In this document: one piece after another, positions 63,898 to 64,000 of the stretch
Numbering within the stretch: the first letter of the stretch is position 1
Layout: each line of letters begins with the position of its first letter
Assembly: GCA_964016885.1 (NCBI GenBank)
Contig: OZ024746.1
Span: 39,246,001-39,310,000 of the forward strand
Origin: Eledone cirrhosa
Lineage: Eukaryota
Length of the DNA: 64,000 bases
Direction: 5' to 3'
Made by a program: the position numbers and the translations under genes
The notes under the pieces: generated by a model
What the model was told of the DNA's origin: nothing
Seen by the model: only the letters and a program-made list of their open reading frames with translations
Database searches by the model: none

Positions 63898-64000
63898 TAT
63901 ATATATAAACTGCTGATATAAAGACAACTCAAGTCTCAAATTAAATGACAATATTTATTTTTGTTGTTAGGTATTTGATCAAAAATTGTTTTGATGTTTG

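Overview
AT-rich, microsatellite-rich animal genomic DNA. The SINE/MITE landscape looks like Octopus or another coleoid cephalopod, which is an inference from the repeats. Most of the window is one large alpha-actinin gene on the minus strand. I traced 21 consecutive coding-exon positions from 51871 down to the TAA at 3720-3722. All have GT-AG boundaries and consistent phases, giving 2333 nt (about 777 aa): end of CH1, CH2, neck, four spectrin repeats, EF-hand domain and C-terminal ESDL. The N-terminal exons lie beyond 64000. The main findings are: (1) a tandemly duplicated, frame-enforced mutually exclusive 79-nt CH2 exon (W/F-KDGL variants at 40184-40262 and 39587-39665) with a UGCAUG element beside one copy; (2) a Penelope-type minimal hammerhead ribozyme-like motif in sense orientation in an intron, masked by a perfect 65-bp inverted repeat; (3) several long perfect hairpins and inverted transposon pairs that would make intronic dsRNA; (4) a degenerate EF-hand 1 in which one A-to-I edit would restore the loop glycine; (5) a long transposon-free putative 3' UTR. 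The introns are filled with SINEs, piggyBac- and Tc1/pogo-type MITEs, and RTE and CRE LINE fragments. Repeat boundaries are approximate, and family names come from motif recognition rather than a database search.
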